Made by a program: the position numbers and the translations under genes. The notes below the pieces were generated by a model. That model had not been told where the DNA came from. It was given only the letters and a program-made list of their open reading frames with translations, and made no database searches. Below are positions 48,649 through 59,193 of a DNA stretch of 64,000 nt, piece after piece. Source of the stretch: Bulleidia sp. (GTDB lineage: Bacteria; Bacillota_I; Bacilli_A; Erysipelotrichales; Erysipelotrichaceae); contig CAVDZA010000009.1 of NCBI GenBank assembly GCA_963613355.1, positions 4,115 to 68,114 on the forward strand. The letters run 5' to 3'. Position 1 is the stretch's first letter. The number at the start of each line of letters is the position of its first letter.

Positions 48649-51600
48649 TTAAAACAATGATAATTGATTTAGATCTTGTAGACCTTCTAGAACACCCATC
48701 GAATCAAGTTTTTTTATCAATGTCGTTGATAATTGTGTTCTCTTTTCTAAGTCTTCTTTGGATAAGAATTCAGCTTCACTTCTTGCGATTTCAATCGATC
48801 TAGCTACGTTTGCACCTAAACCATCAATGACCGTAAATGGAGGAATGATCGTTTTGATATCCTCTGGATCACTTCTAAATTCAGTCGCGTAAGACTTATA
48901 AAGATCAACATTAGAAATCTTATAACCTCTAGCATATAATTCTTCACAAGCTTCTAATGTATCAAATAAAGATTTTTCTTTATTCGTTACAGGATTCAAG
49001 GTATCTCTAGAATTCTGTCTATCTTGAATGTCTTTCATTCTCATTCTGATAGCTTCGATTCCTTTCGACATCGTATCGATTTCATACGCATCACAACGAT
49101 GTGTAAAGAATTGAATATAGAAGTTTTGAGGTTCATGTACCTTATACCACGCAATACGAACAGCCATCATGACATATGCGACCGCATGTGCCTTAGGGAA
49201 CATGTATTTGATCTTCTTACAAGAATCAATATACCAGTCCGGTACATTATGAGCTTTCATATCTTCTTCCCATTCTGGGGAAAGACCTTTACCTTTACGT
49301 ACAGATTCCATGATCTTAAACGCTTCTAATGGTTCTAGATTCTTTCCTAAAAGATATGTCATGATATCATCACGACAAGCAATGACTTCACTTAATGGAT
49401 GACCTGCTTGAACGAGTGATTGTGCGTTACCTGCCCATACATCCGTACCATGTGTCAAACCTGAAATCATGACAAGTTCAGAGAATGTAGAAGGTTTTGT
49501 TTCTTCTAATACTCTTCTTGTGATACGTGTACCAAATTCTGGAAGACCTAAAGCACCATTTTCTTTTTTATAAATGCTAGGATCAGCTTTTAATGCGACA
49601 TCTGAATAGAACAATGACAATGTCTCAGCATCATTCATAGGAATATCTAGTGGTTTAACCGAACCGATTCTTTGTAACATACGGATCGCAGTTGGATCGA
49701 CATGTCCTAAGATATCAAATTTCAATACGTTATCATGAATATCATGGAAGTCGTAATGGGTCGTTAACCAAGCTGCTGTTGGATCATTGGCTGGATATTG
49801 AACTGGTGTAAAATCTTCAGCTTCATACTCATCAGGAATGATGATGATACCACCTGGATGTTGACCAGTCGTACGTTTGACGTTTGTACATCCCGCAGCT
49901 AAATAATCCTTCATTGGTCTACGCATTTCTTCTTGATGCATCTTTTCGCAATAACCAGTTACATAACCATACGCAGTCTTATCCGCAACCGTACCAATCG
50001 TTCCGGCTCTAAATGCGTGGCTTTCACCAAATACTTCTTTGATGAAGTCATGTGCTCTCCACTGGTATTCATTAGAGAAGTTTAGATCGATATCAGGTAC
50101 CTTGTCCGCATTAAATCCTAAGAATGTTTCGAAAGGAATATTTTGTCCATTGCCCTTCATCGTTCCACCACACTTTGGACATGTCTTATCTTGTAAGTCA
50201 AAGCCACTCTTTACTTCTGGATCTTCGATCCATTCAGAATAATGACAACATTCACAACGATAATGTGGTTTTAAAGGATTTACTTCAGTGATTCCTGACA
50301 TCGTTGCGGTAAAGGAAGAACCTACAGATCCTCTTGAACCTACGACATAACCATCTTTATTACTTTTCTTAACAAGTAAATGAGCGATGTAATAGTGCAC
50401 ATCAAAACCATTCGTAATGATGTTATTCAACTCAAATTCTAATCGTTCTGTTACTTGTGTTGGAATTTCACCATTATATTCGTACATTTCTTTCGCTGTT
50501 TTATGACAAATATTTCTTAGCTTTTCACCAGAACGTTCAATATGAGGTGGGAATGTTCCACTAGGAACAGGACGAATATTTTCATCAATCTGATCAAATA
50601 ATTGATTTGGATTATCAATAACGATTTCTTTTACAAGATTGACATCATCCAACCAATCAAATTCACTAATCATTTCATTTGTGAAACGAATATGTTGATC
50701 TGGATTCTTTGTTCTCATTCTCAATTCTTCATCACGAATATATAAAGGATGTGTCGCACCACCAACACCTTGAGACATGATATAGACATCTCTAAAGATC
50801 TTCTGTTCTTTTGAACAATAATGTGCATCACTATCCGCAATCACCATGATGCCTAATTTCTTAGCCATATTGATGATTCTTTTCTGTACATCCTTTAAGC
50901 GAGAAATATTAGGAATAGAACCTAACGCTATCGAAGTGGAATAATTTCCAAGAGGTTGTAATTCAATATAATCATAGAACTTCATTGCCTGTTCTAGACG
51001 TGCATCTTCCCCGTTACATGCAAGTTCAAACAATTCACCATTCAAACATGCAGAACCAATCAAAAGATTCTTACGATGTTCTTGGATATCTTTACGTGTA
51101 ACTCTAGCTTCTGCCGCAACATCTGTGCCTTCTTTTCCACTCGCTTTTCCCATGACCGCAAGTGTCTTAGTATTAGATTTCGTTACCAAACGATAAAGGT
51201 CTCTCATACCTTCTTGATTTTTAACGATGGCACAAACATGTGATCTTCTTACTTTCTTAAAGATCTCATCATCTTGTGTCTTTGTTTGTAGATCATTGAT
51301 CGTAACACAACCGCACTGTTCTTTTGCGTCCTTTAAAAGACACATAAAAACACCAGATAAGCTTTCCGCATCATAGTCAGCTCTATGAGCTACTTCTTCA
51401 TCATATTCAACATGATAATTACGTGCGATATTGCCTAAACGATATGCCCTTCTATTTCTAAGAACCGCTCTAGATAGATCTAAAGTATCAATGACTGTAT
51501 TTGTGAGTGGTGGTCGATTGATCCTTCTTAATTCTTCATTCATAAAATGATAGTCAAAAGAAGCATTATGAGCGACTAGTACACCATCTCCGATCCAATC

Positions 51601-52995
51601 TAATATCTCATCAATACATTCTTCAAATGTCTTAGCGTTTTTCACCATATCATTTGTGATATTTGTTTTATGGGAGATAAATGGTGGAATAGGAAATGGA
51701 GGTTTAATAAACATTTGTAGGCGATCCACGACCGTTTGATTTTTGATCTTAACAGCACCAAACTCAATGATGGAATCATAATATGCTGATAGACCAGTCG
51801 TTTCTAAGTCGAATGAAATATATTCCGCATCATCGATCTTCGTATCTACACCATTTCTAACGATTGCCAAACGATCATCGACCATATTGAATTCACAACC
51901 AAAACCAACACGGAATCCACGTTCAGGATCACTTTTCGCTAAAGAAGCACCAGTATTATATGCCTTAACAAATGATTGAACATCCGCATGATCTGTAATC
52001 ACGATACCTTTATGTCCAATATTAAACGCATACTTAACGATACTATTTACATCACATACGCCATCCATTTCAGACATATTTGTATGCATATGAAATTCAA
52101 TACGTTTTTCATTCGCTTCATCTTTCGCAATCGTTTTTTCCAAGATCTCGATTTCTTGTGGCATTACAACAAGATCTCTAGCGAAGTTATCATATTGTAC
52201 AGATCCATAAACACGAACCTTATCTCCTGTTTTATAAGAAGATAAAACTTCTCTTGTGATTCCTCTACCTTCAAAGCGTTTCATCATCATGGAATCTGTT
52301 CCATCATAGATCGACATTGTTTGGATCATACGATCATTCTTCGTGATCGTTTTTTCTTCTTGGAAGATCTCTCCTTCAAATTGGATATCTGTAATAGGAT
52401 CTTTGATATCTTTTAAATTGACCCTAGTATAATCTTCCATTTTCAATCTTCTATAATTCGTTTTCTTCTTTTCAATTGGTTTATTGACTACAGGCGCATC
52501 ATTTTCCTTAATGACATTCATCGCTACTTGTGCGACTTCTTCTACTTGTATCTTATTCATGACACAACTTGCTTGTACATCGATTCCAAATTGTAATAAA
52601 CCTTTTTCAATATCTGGCAAATAAGTACTATAACGATCTACATCTTCACTATCATTCAAAAGAAAAGATAATTTTCTTGTCTTTATATCATATGTAAATA
52701 CAGTATGCGCTAAGATACTATATTCATCATGTTGATTTCCTAAATAACTTAAATATTGTTTTAAAGCACTATTATTCACATCTTTAGAATCACTATTGAT
52801 CCATAAATGCACTTTTGAACTTAATAGTTGTTCTAAAGAATACACAAAAGAAGAATAATCAGAAAAAGATACAATGTTACTTGTATGTAATTTCACATCA
52901 ACTTCCTTGTTATCTTTATGAACAAGTACTTCTTCGACCGTACTATCTTGTAAAATATCGGATGTATTGGATAGATTTAATTCTTTGATCTTCAT
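48649..52995 (-). CDS. polC: DNA polymerase III alpha, PolC type
   Basis: OB fold, PHP HMHTNMSEMDG, exonuclease FDLETTG, GSRGSVGSS, Zn finger, KVPDIDLNFS and KYMFPKAHA. Start at ATG 52995. Confidence 0.97.
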   Translation of the reverse strand: MKIKELNLSNTSDILQDSTVEEVLVHKDNKEVDVKLHTSNIVSFSDYSSFVYSLEQLLSSKVHLWINSDSKDVNNSALKQYLSYLGNQHDEYSILAHTVFTYDIKTRKLSFLLNDSEDVDRYSTYLPDIEKGLLQFGIDVQASCVMNKIQVEEVAQVAMNVIKENDAPVVNKPIEKKKTNYRRLKMEDYTRVNLKDIKDPITDIQFEGEIFQEEKTITKNDRMIQTMSIYDGTDSMMMKRFEGRGITREVLSSYKTGDKVRVYGSVQYDNFARDLVVMPQEIEILEKTIAKDEANEKRIEFHMHTNMSEMDGVCDVNSIVKYAFNIGHKGIVITDHADVQSFVKAYNTGASLAKSDPERGFRVGFGCEFNMVDDRLAIVRNGVDTKIDDAEYISFDLETTGLSAYYDSIIEFGAVKIKNQTVVDRLQMFIKPPFPIPPFISHKTNITNDMVKNAKTFEECIDEILDWIGDGVLVAHNASFDYHFMNEELRRINRPPLTNTVIDTLDLSRAVLRNRRAYRLGNIARNYHVEYDEEVAHRADYDAESLSGVFMCLLKDAKEQCGCVTINDLQTKTQDDEIFKKVRRSHVCAIVKNQEGMRDLYRLVTKSNTKTLAVMGKASGKEGTDVAAEARVTRKDIQEHRKNLLIGSACLNGELFELACNGEDARLEQAMKFYDYIELQPLGNYSTSIALGSIPNISRLKDVQKRIINMAKKLGIMVIADSDAHYCSKEQKIFRDVYIMSQGVGGATHPLYIRDEELRMRTKNPDQHIRFTNEMISEFDWLDDVNLVKEIVIDNPNQLFDQIDENIRPVPSGTFPPHIERSGEKLRNICHKTAKEMYEYNGEIPTQVTERLEFELNNIITNGFDVHYYIAHLLVKKSNKDGYVVGSRGSVGSSFTATMSGITEVNPLKPHYRCECCHYSEWIEDPEVKSGFDLQDKTCPKCGGTMKGNGQNIPFETFLGFNADKVPDIDLNFSNEYQWRAHDFIKEVFGESHAFRAGTIGTVADKTAYGYVTGYCEKMHQEEMRRPMKDYLAAGCTNVKRTTGQHPGGIIIIPDEYEAEDFTPVQYPANDPTAAWLTTHYDFHDIHDNVLKFDILGHVDPTAIRMLQRIGSVKPLDIPMNDAETLSLFYSDVALKADPSIYKKENGALGLPEFGTRITRRVLEETKPSTFSELVMISGLTHGTDVWAGNAQSLVQAGHPLSEVIACRDDIMTYLLGKNLEPLEAFKIMESVRKGKGLSPEWEEDMKAHNVPDWYIDSCKKIKYMFPKAHAVAYVMMAVRIAWYKVHEPQNFYIQFFTHRCDAYEIDTMSKGIEAIRMRMKDIQDRQNSRDTLNPVTNKEKSLFDTLEACEELYARGYKISNVDLYKSYATEFRSDPEDIKTIIPPFTVIDGLGANVARSIEIARSEAEFLSKEDLEKRTQLSTTLIKKLDSMGVLEGLQDLNQLSLF

Positions 52996-53014
52996 AGCTA
53001 AACTATTATACAAC

Positions 53015-53092
53015 AAAAAAACCCATTTACACCTATCATAGGGAGACAAAGTGTTAAATGGGTCTTTGATTAGCTTAGTCTCCTAAGCTACC
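53015..53092 (-). ncRNA. Candidate small structured RNA or attenuator leader upstream of polC
   Basis: Extended -10 TGCTATAAT (53096-53104); 5' hairpin UAGCUUAG-GAGA-CUAAGCUA; long terminator ACCCAUUU...AAAUGGGU-U6 whose loop carries GUCUCCCU. Confidence 0.6.
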
Positions 53093-53155
53093 CATATTAT
53101 AGCATCCTTCCTCAAAAAGAAAAGAGTAAAGTTATATAATGGTTATATTTTTTAA

Positions 53156-54931
53156 CTAATTTTCATCAAAAGAATGAAGTGCTAGATATACATTATGTGC
53201 CACTTCATTAGGTACAATAGCCGATATTTGTTCTTCTGTAGCTTCCCTTAATTTTGTAATGCCACCAAATTCTTTCAACAATAACTTCTTTCTTTTAGGG
53301 CCTACACCTTCAATATCATCTAATACTGACTTTGTTTGCGCTTTGCTACGAAGTTTTCTATGGTATGTGATCGCAACACGATGCACTTCATCCTGCATTC
53401 TTGTTAAAAGGAAAAAGAGTCCGCTATTTTTATCAATTTCAATGATATTACCATCTGTATCCATTAACGCATTAGTACTATGTTTATCATTTTTCACAAG
53501 TCCCATTAATTTGATCGTATTGGATAAATCTAAAGAATCTAAGATTTCTTTCGCTGCTTCGATCTGAATCCATCCACCATCGACAATGATTCCATCAGGT
53601 AATCTACCACCATCTTTTAATAAGCGAAAATATCTTCTATAAATGACTTCTTTCATCGAATCAATATCTGAGTTACCAGTATGTAATTTAAATAATCGAT
53701 AATCATTCTTACAAGGTTTTCCATCTTCATACACGACACAGCTCGCTACAGTAAAAGCACCAGAAATATGCGAATTATCAAATAATTCAACACGATTCAT
53801 TGGATGTTTGGCAATCTCATTTAGTTGTTCAACTGCTTCTTCTGTCATCTTATTCTGTCTTTCCACAACAGAGAACTTTAGATCAAGTTGTGTTTTTGCG
53901 TTATCTAAACACATATCAATCAGTTTTTGACGATACCCTTTTTGTGGTTGAAAGATTGGAAATGGAAATACTTCTGATAAGATCGATATATCTGTATCCA
54001 TTGGTAAGACAAGCTCTCTAGCAGCGGGATTAGATTCATAATATTGGATCAAGAAAGATTGAAACTCTTCCTCAGCATCTCCATAGAGTGGTTTTAAACG
54101 ATACTCTTTATTCAAGATCGTTCCCTTTCTTACTAACATCCCCGCAATCGCAAGATATCCTTTATCAGAATAATACGCAAAGATATCACGATCTCCACGA
54201 TTATCCTTTTCAATATTTTGTTTATCTGAAACAACTTTATGAATGGATTGTAGTAGATCTTTATAATATTGTGCTTGTTCAAACTCTAAGTTTTCACTTG
54301 CCTGCATCATCTTATCTGTTAAGTCTTTCTCTACTTCTTTTGTATCTCCATTCATAAAAGAAATGACTTTTTGACAATATTCTTCATAAACAGAAGAATC
54401 AATATTATATTCACATGGTCCTAGACATTGATGCATATGATAATACAAACATAGTTTATCTCCCATATGTGTACAACGTCTAAAAGGGAACATTCCTTGT
54501 AGGATCTTTAACGTATCTTTGGCAGCAGTAGCGTCAGGATATGGTCCAAAATATCTCGCCTTCTTATCTTTTTTGATATCTCTTGCGATGGATAGTCTAG
54601 GATACTGTTCTTTCGTGAGCTTGATATATGGGTAAGAAGAATCATCCATGAATTGAATATTGTATTTTGGACGGTTCTTCTTAATTAAATTGATTTCTAA
54701 GACCAATGCTTCTTTTTCGGAAGCAGTAACGATAAAGTCAAAGTCTTCGATATTTTCTACAAGTTTGGTCGTCTTGAAATTATGTGCACCAACAAAGTAG
54801 GAATTCACACGATTATGTAGATCTTTCGCTTTCCCTACATAGATGATTTCCCCATGTTTATCTTTCATTTGATAACTTCCTGGACTATGAGGAAGTTGTG
54901 ATAACTTTGCCTTGAGATATTCTTTATCCAT
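53156..54931 (-). CDS. uvrC: Excinuclease ABC subunit C
   Basis: GIY-YIG IYVGKAKDL.NRV, FGPYP, FDNSHISG, VDGG, QDEVHR, and HhH EGVGPKR. Confidence 0.97.
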   Translation of the reverse strand: MDKEYLKAKLSQLPHSPGSYQMKDKHGEIIYVGKAKDLHNRVNSYFVGAHNFKTTKLVENIEDFDFIVTASEKEALVLEINLIKKNRPKYNIQFMDDSSYPYIKLTKEQYPRLSIARDIKKDKKARYFGPYPDATAAKDTLKILQGMFPFRRCTHMGDKLCLYYHMHQCLGPCEYNIDSSVYEEYCQKVISFMNGDTKEVEKDLTDKMMQASENLEFEQAQYYKDLLQSIHKVVSDKQNIEKDNRGDRDIFAYYSDKGYLAIAGMLVRKGTILNKEYRLKPLYGDAEEEFQSFLIQYYESNPAARELVLPMDTDISILSEVFPFPIFQPQKGYRQKLIDMCLDNAKTQLDLKFSVVERQNKMTEEAVEQLNEIAKHPMNRVELFDNSHISGAFTVASCVVYEDGKPCKNDYRLFKLHTGNSDIDSMKEVIYRRYFRLLKDGGRLPDGIIVDGGWIQIEAAKEILDSLDLSNTIKLMGLVKNDKHSTNALMDTDGNIIEIDKNSGLFFLLTRMQDEVHRVAITYHRKLRSKAQTKSVLDDIEGVGPKRKKLLLKEFGGITKLREATEEQISAIVPNEVAHNVYLALHSFDEN

Positions 54932-54932
54932 A

Positions 54933-57257
54933 TTATTTCATCGTTACGACAGTCGCACCTGTTCCACCTTCTTGTGGCATACCAAGCCTAAATTCTTTTA
55001 CATTTGGATCATTCTTTAGTTTTTCATGAACTGCTTTACGTAATCTACCAGTTCCATCTCCATGAATGATACGGAAACTCTTTAAACCATTTAAAGATGC
55101 TTGATCCATGTAGGATTCCATCTTATCGATTGCTTCATCTACATGTAGACCAATCAGATTCACTTCCAATTTCATTGATGTAAATAATGATCTTCCTGTA
55201 TTGATAGAGACATTATTTTGTTTCTTCATCTTTGGTAATACATGGATACTTGGACGAATCTGGTTCTTTTTCACATGAACTTCTCTACCATTCATGAGTA
55301 TCGTAATATCTTTCTTCTTGATAGAAATGATTTCACATACTTGTGAATTACCTCTTAATTCTACCGCATCACCTACACGATATTCATGATCTGCTGGTAA
55401 TTGTTCTTCTTGTGATTCCTCTTCTTGATAGAACGAATTTAATTCTTTGACAGCGTCTAGTGCTTCATGATATTTCACTTCTTCTTGACGCTTACGAATA
55501 TCTTTTAGAATTTTATTCGCTTTATTTTGAACAGTTGCGACATACGCATCTGCCTCTTTCTGCGCCTTTTCATGGAATCGTTCTTTTTCTTTTTCTAACG
55601 CATCTTTTTGTTTGAGAAGTTGTTTCTTTAATGCATCTGTTTCTTTTAGTTGTTGTGTTAACTGATCTTGTTTTAAAGTTGCTTCATTCAATTCTTTTTC
55701 TAAGCGTTCGATCAATTCATCTTCTTCTGTCTTTGCCTGGTTCTTTAAGTATCTTGCGTACTTTACGATTGACTTTGGTAAACCATAACGTTCCGCAATT
55801 TCAAACGCATTACTTTGTCCACTCATACCTTCTAAGTAACGATATGTTGGAGATAACGTCTTTGTATCGAATTGAACGCTCGCTACTAAAATATCAGAAT
55901 GTCTTTTACCATAAGCTTTCAATCGATCATAGTGCGTCGTTAAAACAGCCATGACACCTTTCTCTCTTAAATCATTCAAGATAGAAATAGCCAAAGCTTC
56001 TCCTTCTCTAGGATCAGTACCAGAACCAACTTCATCTAATAATACCAATGAATTCTTTGTCGCAAACTGACATACTTCAGCTTGTTTCTTCATATGTGAT
56101 GAAAAAGAAGATAACGAGGATTCAACAGATTGGTCATCTCCAATATCAACGAATACACGATCAAAGAATGGAATCTTAGCTTCATTACAAGGAATTGGCA
56201 TTCCACAATACGTCATCAAAGTAAATAAACCAATGATCTTCATAGATACTGTCTTACCACCTGTATTTGGACCAGTAATCAAAAGAATACGTTTATCATT
56301 TGTAATATGATATGTATTACTGATAACGACATTAGGGTCGATCAATGGATGACGAGCATCTATGATCTCGATTTGTTTTGATTGCGTCAGTGTAGCGACA
56401 CACGCATCTCTATCTTTCCCCCATTGTGCTTTCGCAAAAATACTATCTAAGATAGAAACCGTTTCTAGATTCGCTAATTCTTCATCCGCTACTTCACCAA
56501 TAAGTGAAGAACACTTCTTTAATATCTTTGTGATTTCTTCTTGTTCATCTGAAATCAAAGATTGTTTTTTATTGTTGATGGAAATCAAAGCTGGAGGTTC
56601 AATATAGGATGTACTACCAGATTGAGAATCACCATATACATATCCACCAAAAGAATTCTTATCTGTTGCCTTTACTAAAACGACACATCTTCCACCACGT
56701 GTTGAAATGATTCCATCTACACAAGAATCTTTGTGACTCTTCAAGAAGTTTGATGCGATCGATGTGATTTGAGAATCAATCGTTCTTAGTTGTGAACGTA
56801 TTTGTTTTAACTCAGGTGTCGCACTATCTTTGATCTCACCATATTCATTCAAACAATCATTTAGCGTTCTTTCTACTTTATAATGAACGACCAATGTAGA
56901 AATCAAATCATTCAATGCGGGATGTGGAACATCTATCAAACCATCTGCGTAAGATAAAATAGCTTTTACTCCCAATATCGTTTGATACTCTTTTAAAAGA
57001 TCTTGAGAAGACAAGATCCTACCTTTCTTCGCATTCTCTAATAGTAACGTGATATCTGAGAAACCTTGTATTGGCATCGTTCCATAAGTAACACAACACT
57101 GTAAAGCTTCCTTGATTCTTTCATTATCTTGGCGAATGATCAAAGGTTCATAGCTAGGATGTGTTTCTTGGATGATCTTTTTTCCAAGTGAAAAAGAACA
57201 ATAATGTTCTACTTGTTGAAGGATCGTATTTAATTCTAGAGCTTGTTCAATCGCCAT
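54933..57257 (-). CDS. mutS2: MutS2 endonuclease / ribosome-collision ATPase
   Basis: ITGPNTGGKT, DIGDDQS, SSFSSH, LDEVGSGTDP and TTHY motifs, with a C-terminal Smr domain IIHGDGTG. Confidence 0.95.
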   Translation of the reverse strand: MAIEQALELNTILQQVEHYCSFSLGKKIIQETHPSYEPLIIRQDNERIKEALQCCVTYGTMPIQGFSDITLLLENAKKGRILSSQDLLKEYQTILGVKAILSYADGLIDVPHPALNDLISTLVVHYKVERTLNDCLNEYGEIKDSATPELKQIRSQLRTIDSQITSIASNFLKSHKDSCVDGIISTRGGRCVVLVKATDKNSFGGYVYGDSQSGSTSYIEPPALISINNKKQSLISDEQEEITKILKKCSSLIGEVADEELANLETVSILDSIFAKAQWGKDRDACVATLTQSKQIEIIDARHPLIDPNVVISNTYHITNDKRILLITGPNTGGKTVSMKIIGLFTLMTYCGMPIPCNEAKIPFFDRVFVDIGDDQSVESSLSSFSSHMKKQAEVCQFATKNSLVLLDEVGSGTDPREGEALAISILNDLREKGVMAVLTTHYDRLKAYGKRHSDILVASVQFDTKTLSPTYRYLEGMSGQSNAFEIAERYGLPKSIVKYARYLKNQAKTEEDELIERLEKELNEATLKQDQLTQQLKETDALKKQLLKQKDALEKEKERFHEKAQKEADAYVATVQNKANKILKDIRKRQEEVKYHEALDAVKELNSFYQEEESQEEQLPADHEYRVGDAVELRGNSQVCEIISIKKKDITILMNGREVHVKKNQIRPSIHVLPKMKKQNNVSINTGRSLFTSMKLEVNLIGLHVDEAIDKMESYMDQASLNGLKSFRIIHGDGTGRLRKAVHEKLKNDPNVKEFRLGMPQEGGTGATVVTMK

Positions 57258-57894
57258 ACTTCATTTCTTCACTTTCTAGCCATACTTTAAATTCCTGGAT
57301 CTTTTCTTCACTTATAGAATCAATATTATCAATCGTTTTTGAAAAACCATCCATTTCAATCACAGGTTCAAACAATTCCTTCGATACAGGCACTACGATA
57401 TCTTTTATCGTACCTAAGATAGAACCATCTACGATCAAAGATCCATTCTTAAATAATGGAGATTCTAATAACACACATAATAAAAGGATCCATACAATCG
57501 TTTCTACAAATCCAAATAACATTCCTAATGTACTAGAAATGATACGATATCCAGGAATGGAATGAATTGATTTCAAAAATAGATCTAGTACAAAACAAAT
57601 CACACGAAATAACAAAAACAACAAGAAAAACCAAACCACACGATTCATAAACGTATAGATCTGTTCGCTCATCTGTTGAATGATTTCATCTGTACTACTA
57701 TTTTGGATCAAAGGAAACGCTAGACTCATGTTATCAGATAAGATCCACGCTAGATAAAATGAAGCTATTGTTCCTATCGTTGATAAAAGAGAACGTAGAA
57801 AACCTCTTTTAAACCCTGCATAGGCAAAAAAGATCGTTAATAGTAATACGACACCATTCATCGGTGTAATCAAGTTTTCTGTTAACGTAATCAT
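57247..57894 (-). CDS. CvpA (colicin V production)-family membrane protein
   Basis: GFKRGFLRS motif, four TMs, LG..FG; conserved position between rnhC and mutS2. Confidence 0.85.
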   Translation of the reverse strand: MITLTENLITPMNGVVLLLTIFFAYAGFKRGFLRSLLSTIGTIASFYLAWILSDNMSLAFPLIQNSSTDEIIQQMSEQIYTFMNRVVWFFLLFLLFRVICFVLDLFLKSIHSIPGYRIISSTLGMLFGFVETIVWILLLCVLLESPLFKNGSLIVDGSILGTIKDIVVPVSKELFEPVIEMDGFSKTIDNIDSISEEKIQEFKVWLESEEMKYGD

Positions 57895-57941
57895 ACGAAC
57901 TATATTTTACCATCATTAAAATCAATGGTAAAATTATGAGC

Positions 57942-58805
57942 ATGTCAAACGTATATACATTAAAATTAACTTCTCAACAAGAAGAGAAATTATTCAATAC
58001 ATTTCAAGATAAAAGATCTAAAACACCACAATACGCGAAATGGCAACTGAGATGTGAGAATTGTGTCATTACTTGTTATGAATCTGGTAAAACAGTATTC
58101 CAAGGAACAGATGCGTTAGTATATGCTTCTTCCTTCATGGAAACGATTCCTGAAGAACAAAACATTTCAAAAGACACATTACCTCAAGCTGGTAGTGATG
58201 AAGTTGGAACTGGTGATTATTTTGGACCAGTTGTTGTTTGTGCTTCTATTGTTGATGAATATACGGAAGATCTTTTAAAACAACTAGGTGTAAGAGACTC
58301 AAAACAATTAAAAGATAAAGATATTTTAGAGATAGCTCCAAAGATCATTCAAAAAGTACCTCATTCTTTATTGATCGTTGATAATGAAAAATACAATGAA
58401 GTACATCAAACAAATAACTTAAACGCAATGAAAGCGAAACTTCATAATCAAGCTTATGTTCATCTCGCAAAAAAGTATGGATTACCAGAACTTAAGATCA
58501 TTGATCAATTCACACCAGAAAAGAATTATTATCGTTATATCTCAGATCAACCATCCATTATCAAAGGTATTCATTTTGAAACAAAAGCAGAAGATAAATA
58601 TATCTCTGTTGGAACATCATCTGTTATCGCTAGATATGCATTCTTAAAGAAGATGGAAGAAATGGATGAAACATGGAATATGCATTTCTGTTTAGGTGCA
58701 GGTACCAATGTAGATGAATGCGCAAAACGTTTCGTTGAGAAATATGGAAAAGATTCTTTAAACAAAGTCGCAAAGATTCATTTTAAAAACACAGAGAAAC
58801 TATGA
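57942..58805 (+). CDS. rnhC: Ribonuclease HIII
   Basis: N-terminal TBP-like YESGKTVFQG; GSDEVGTGDYFGP, VRDSK, IDQF, SSVIAR and AKIHFKNT. Start is 57942 or 57936. Confidence 0.94.
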   Translation: MSNVYTLKLTSQQEEKLFNTFQDKRSKTPQYAKWQLRCENCVITCYESGKTVFQGTDALVYASSFMETIPEEQNISKDTLPQAGSDEVGTGDYFGPVVVCASIVDEYTEDLLKQLGVRDSKQLKDKDILEIAPKIIQKVPHSLLIVDNEKYNEVHQTNNLNAMKAKLHNQAYVHLAKKYGLPELKIIDQFTPEKNYYRYISDQPSIIKGIHFETKAEDKYISVGTSSVIARYAFLKKMEEMDETWNMHFCLGAGTNVDECAKRFVEKYGKDSLNKVAKIHFKNTEKL

Positions 58806-58816
58806 TCTCTGTGTTT
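58787..58816. terminator. Terminator hairpin at the convergent rnhC/SnoaL ends
   Basis: AAACACAGAGA...TCTCTGTGTTT inverted repeat spanning the rnhC stop codon. Confidence 0.6.
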
Positions 58817-59192
58817 ATTTTTTAGATGCGTAATGGACATGAGAAATCATCCACTCATCTCCATGTTTTCTTAATACTTGCGTTTCAATACCAACGATAC
58901 CATGAGGTTGTCCATTTTCTCTCAACAAGCATTCAGTATGATAATGGAATATCGCAATCGCTGTACTATCATCTAAGTATTTGATTTCTAGGTCTTCTTT
59001 GATAAGTTCAACTGTAGAATACTTTCCATACAAAAGTTCCATCAAAAAGATAGAATAGATCTCATTAGGTCCATAGAATGGCTTTGTTCCTGAAATGAGT
59101 ACCGCATCTTCTTCAAAGATTTGTTTTGTTAATTCTAAAGAAGGTTCATGGATCAAGGTTTGATAGTTTTCAATTGTCTTTTCTACATTCAT
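58815..59192 (-). CDS. SnoaL/NTF2-like domain protein
   Basis: F.EDAVL, G..EI and C-terminal T.VL.K....W.I.HVH.S pattern. Confidence 0.78.
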   Translation of the reverse strand: MNVEKTIENYQTLIHEPSLELTKQIFEEDAVLISGTKPFYGPNEIYSIFLMELLYGKYSTVELIKEDLEIKYLDDSTAIAIFHYHTECLLRENGQPHGIVGIETQVLRKHGDEWMISHVHYASKK

Positions 59193-59193
59193 A

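Noticed and set aside
48649..52995. Intein or intron in polC
   Set aside because: Length and domain order are normal for PolC, with no splice-junction motifs seen.
53040..53086. AGGGAG-GTG 11-codon ORF (MLNGSLISLVS) antisense to the candidate sRNA, as a possible type I toxin
   Set aside because: It is too short for a membrane helix, and I see no convincing plus-strand promoter or terminator.
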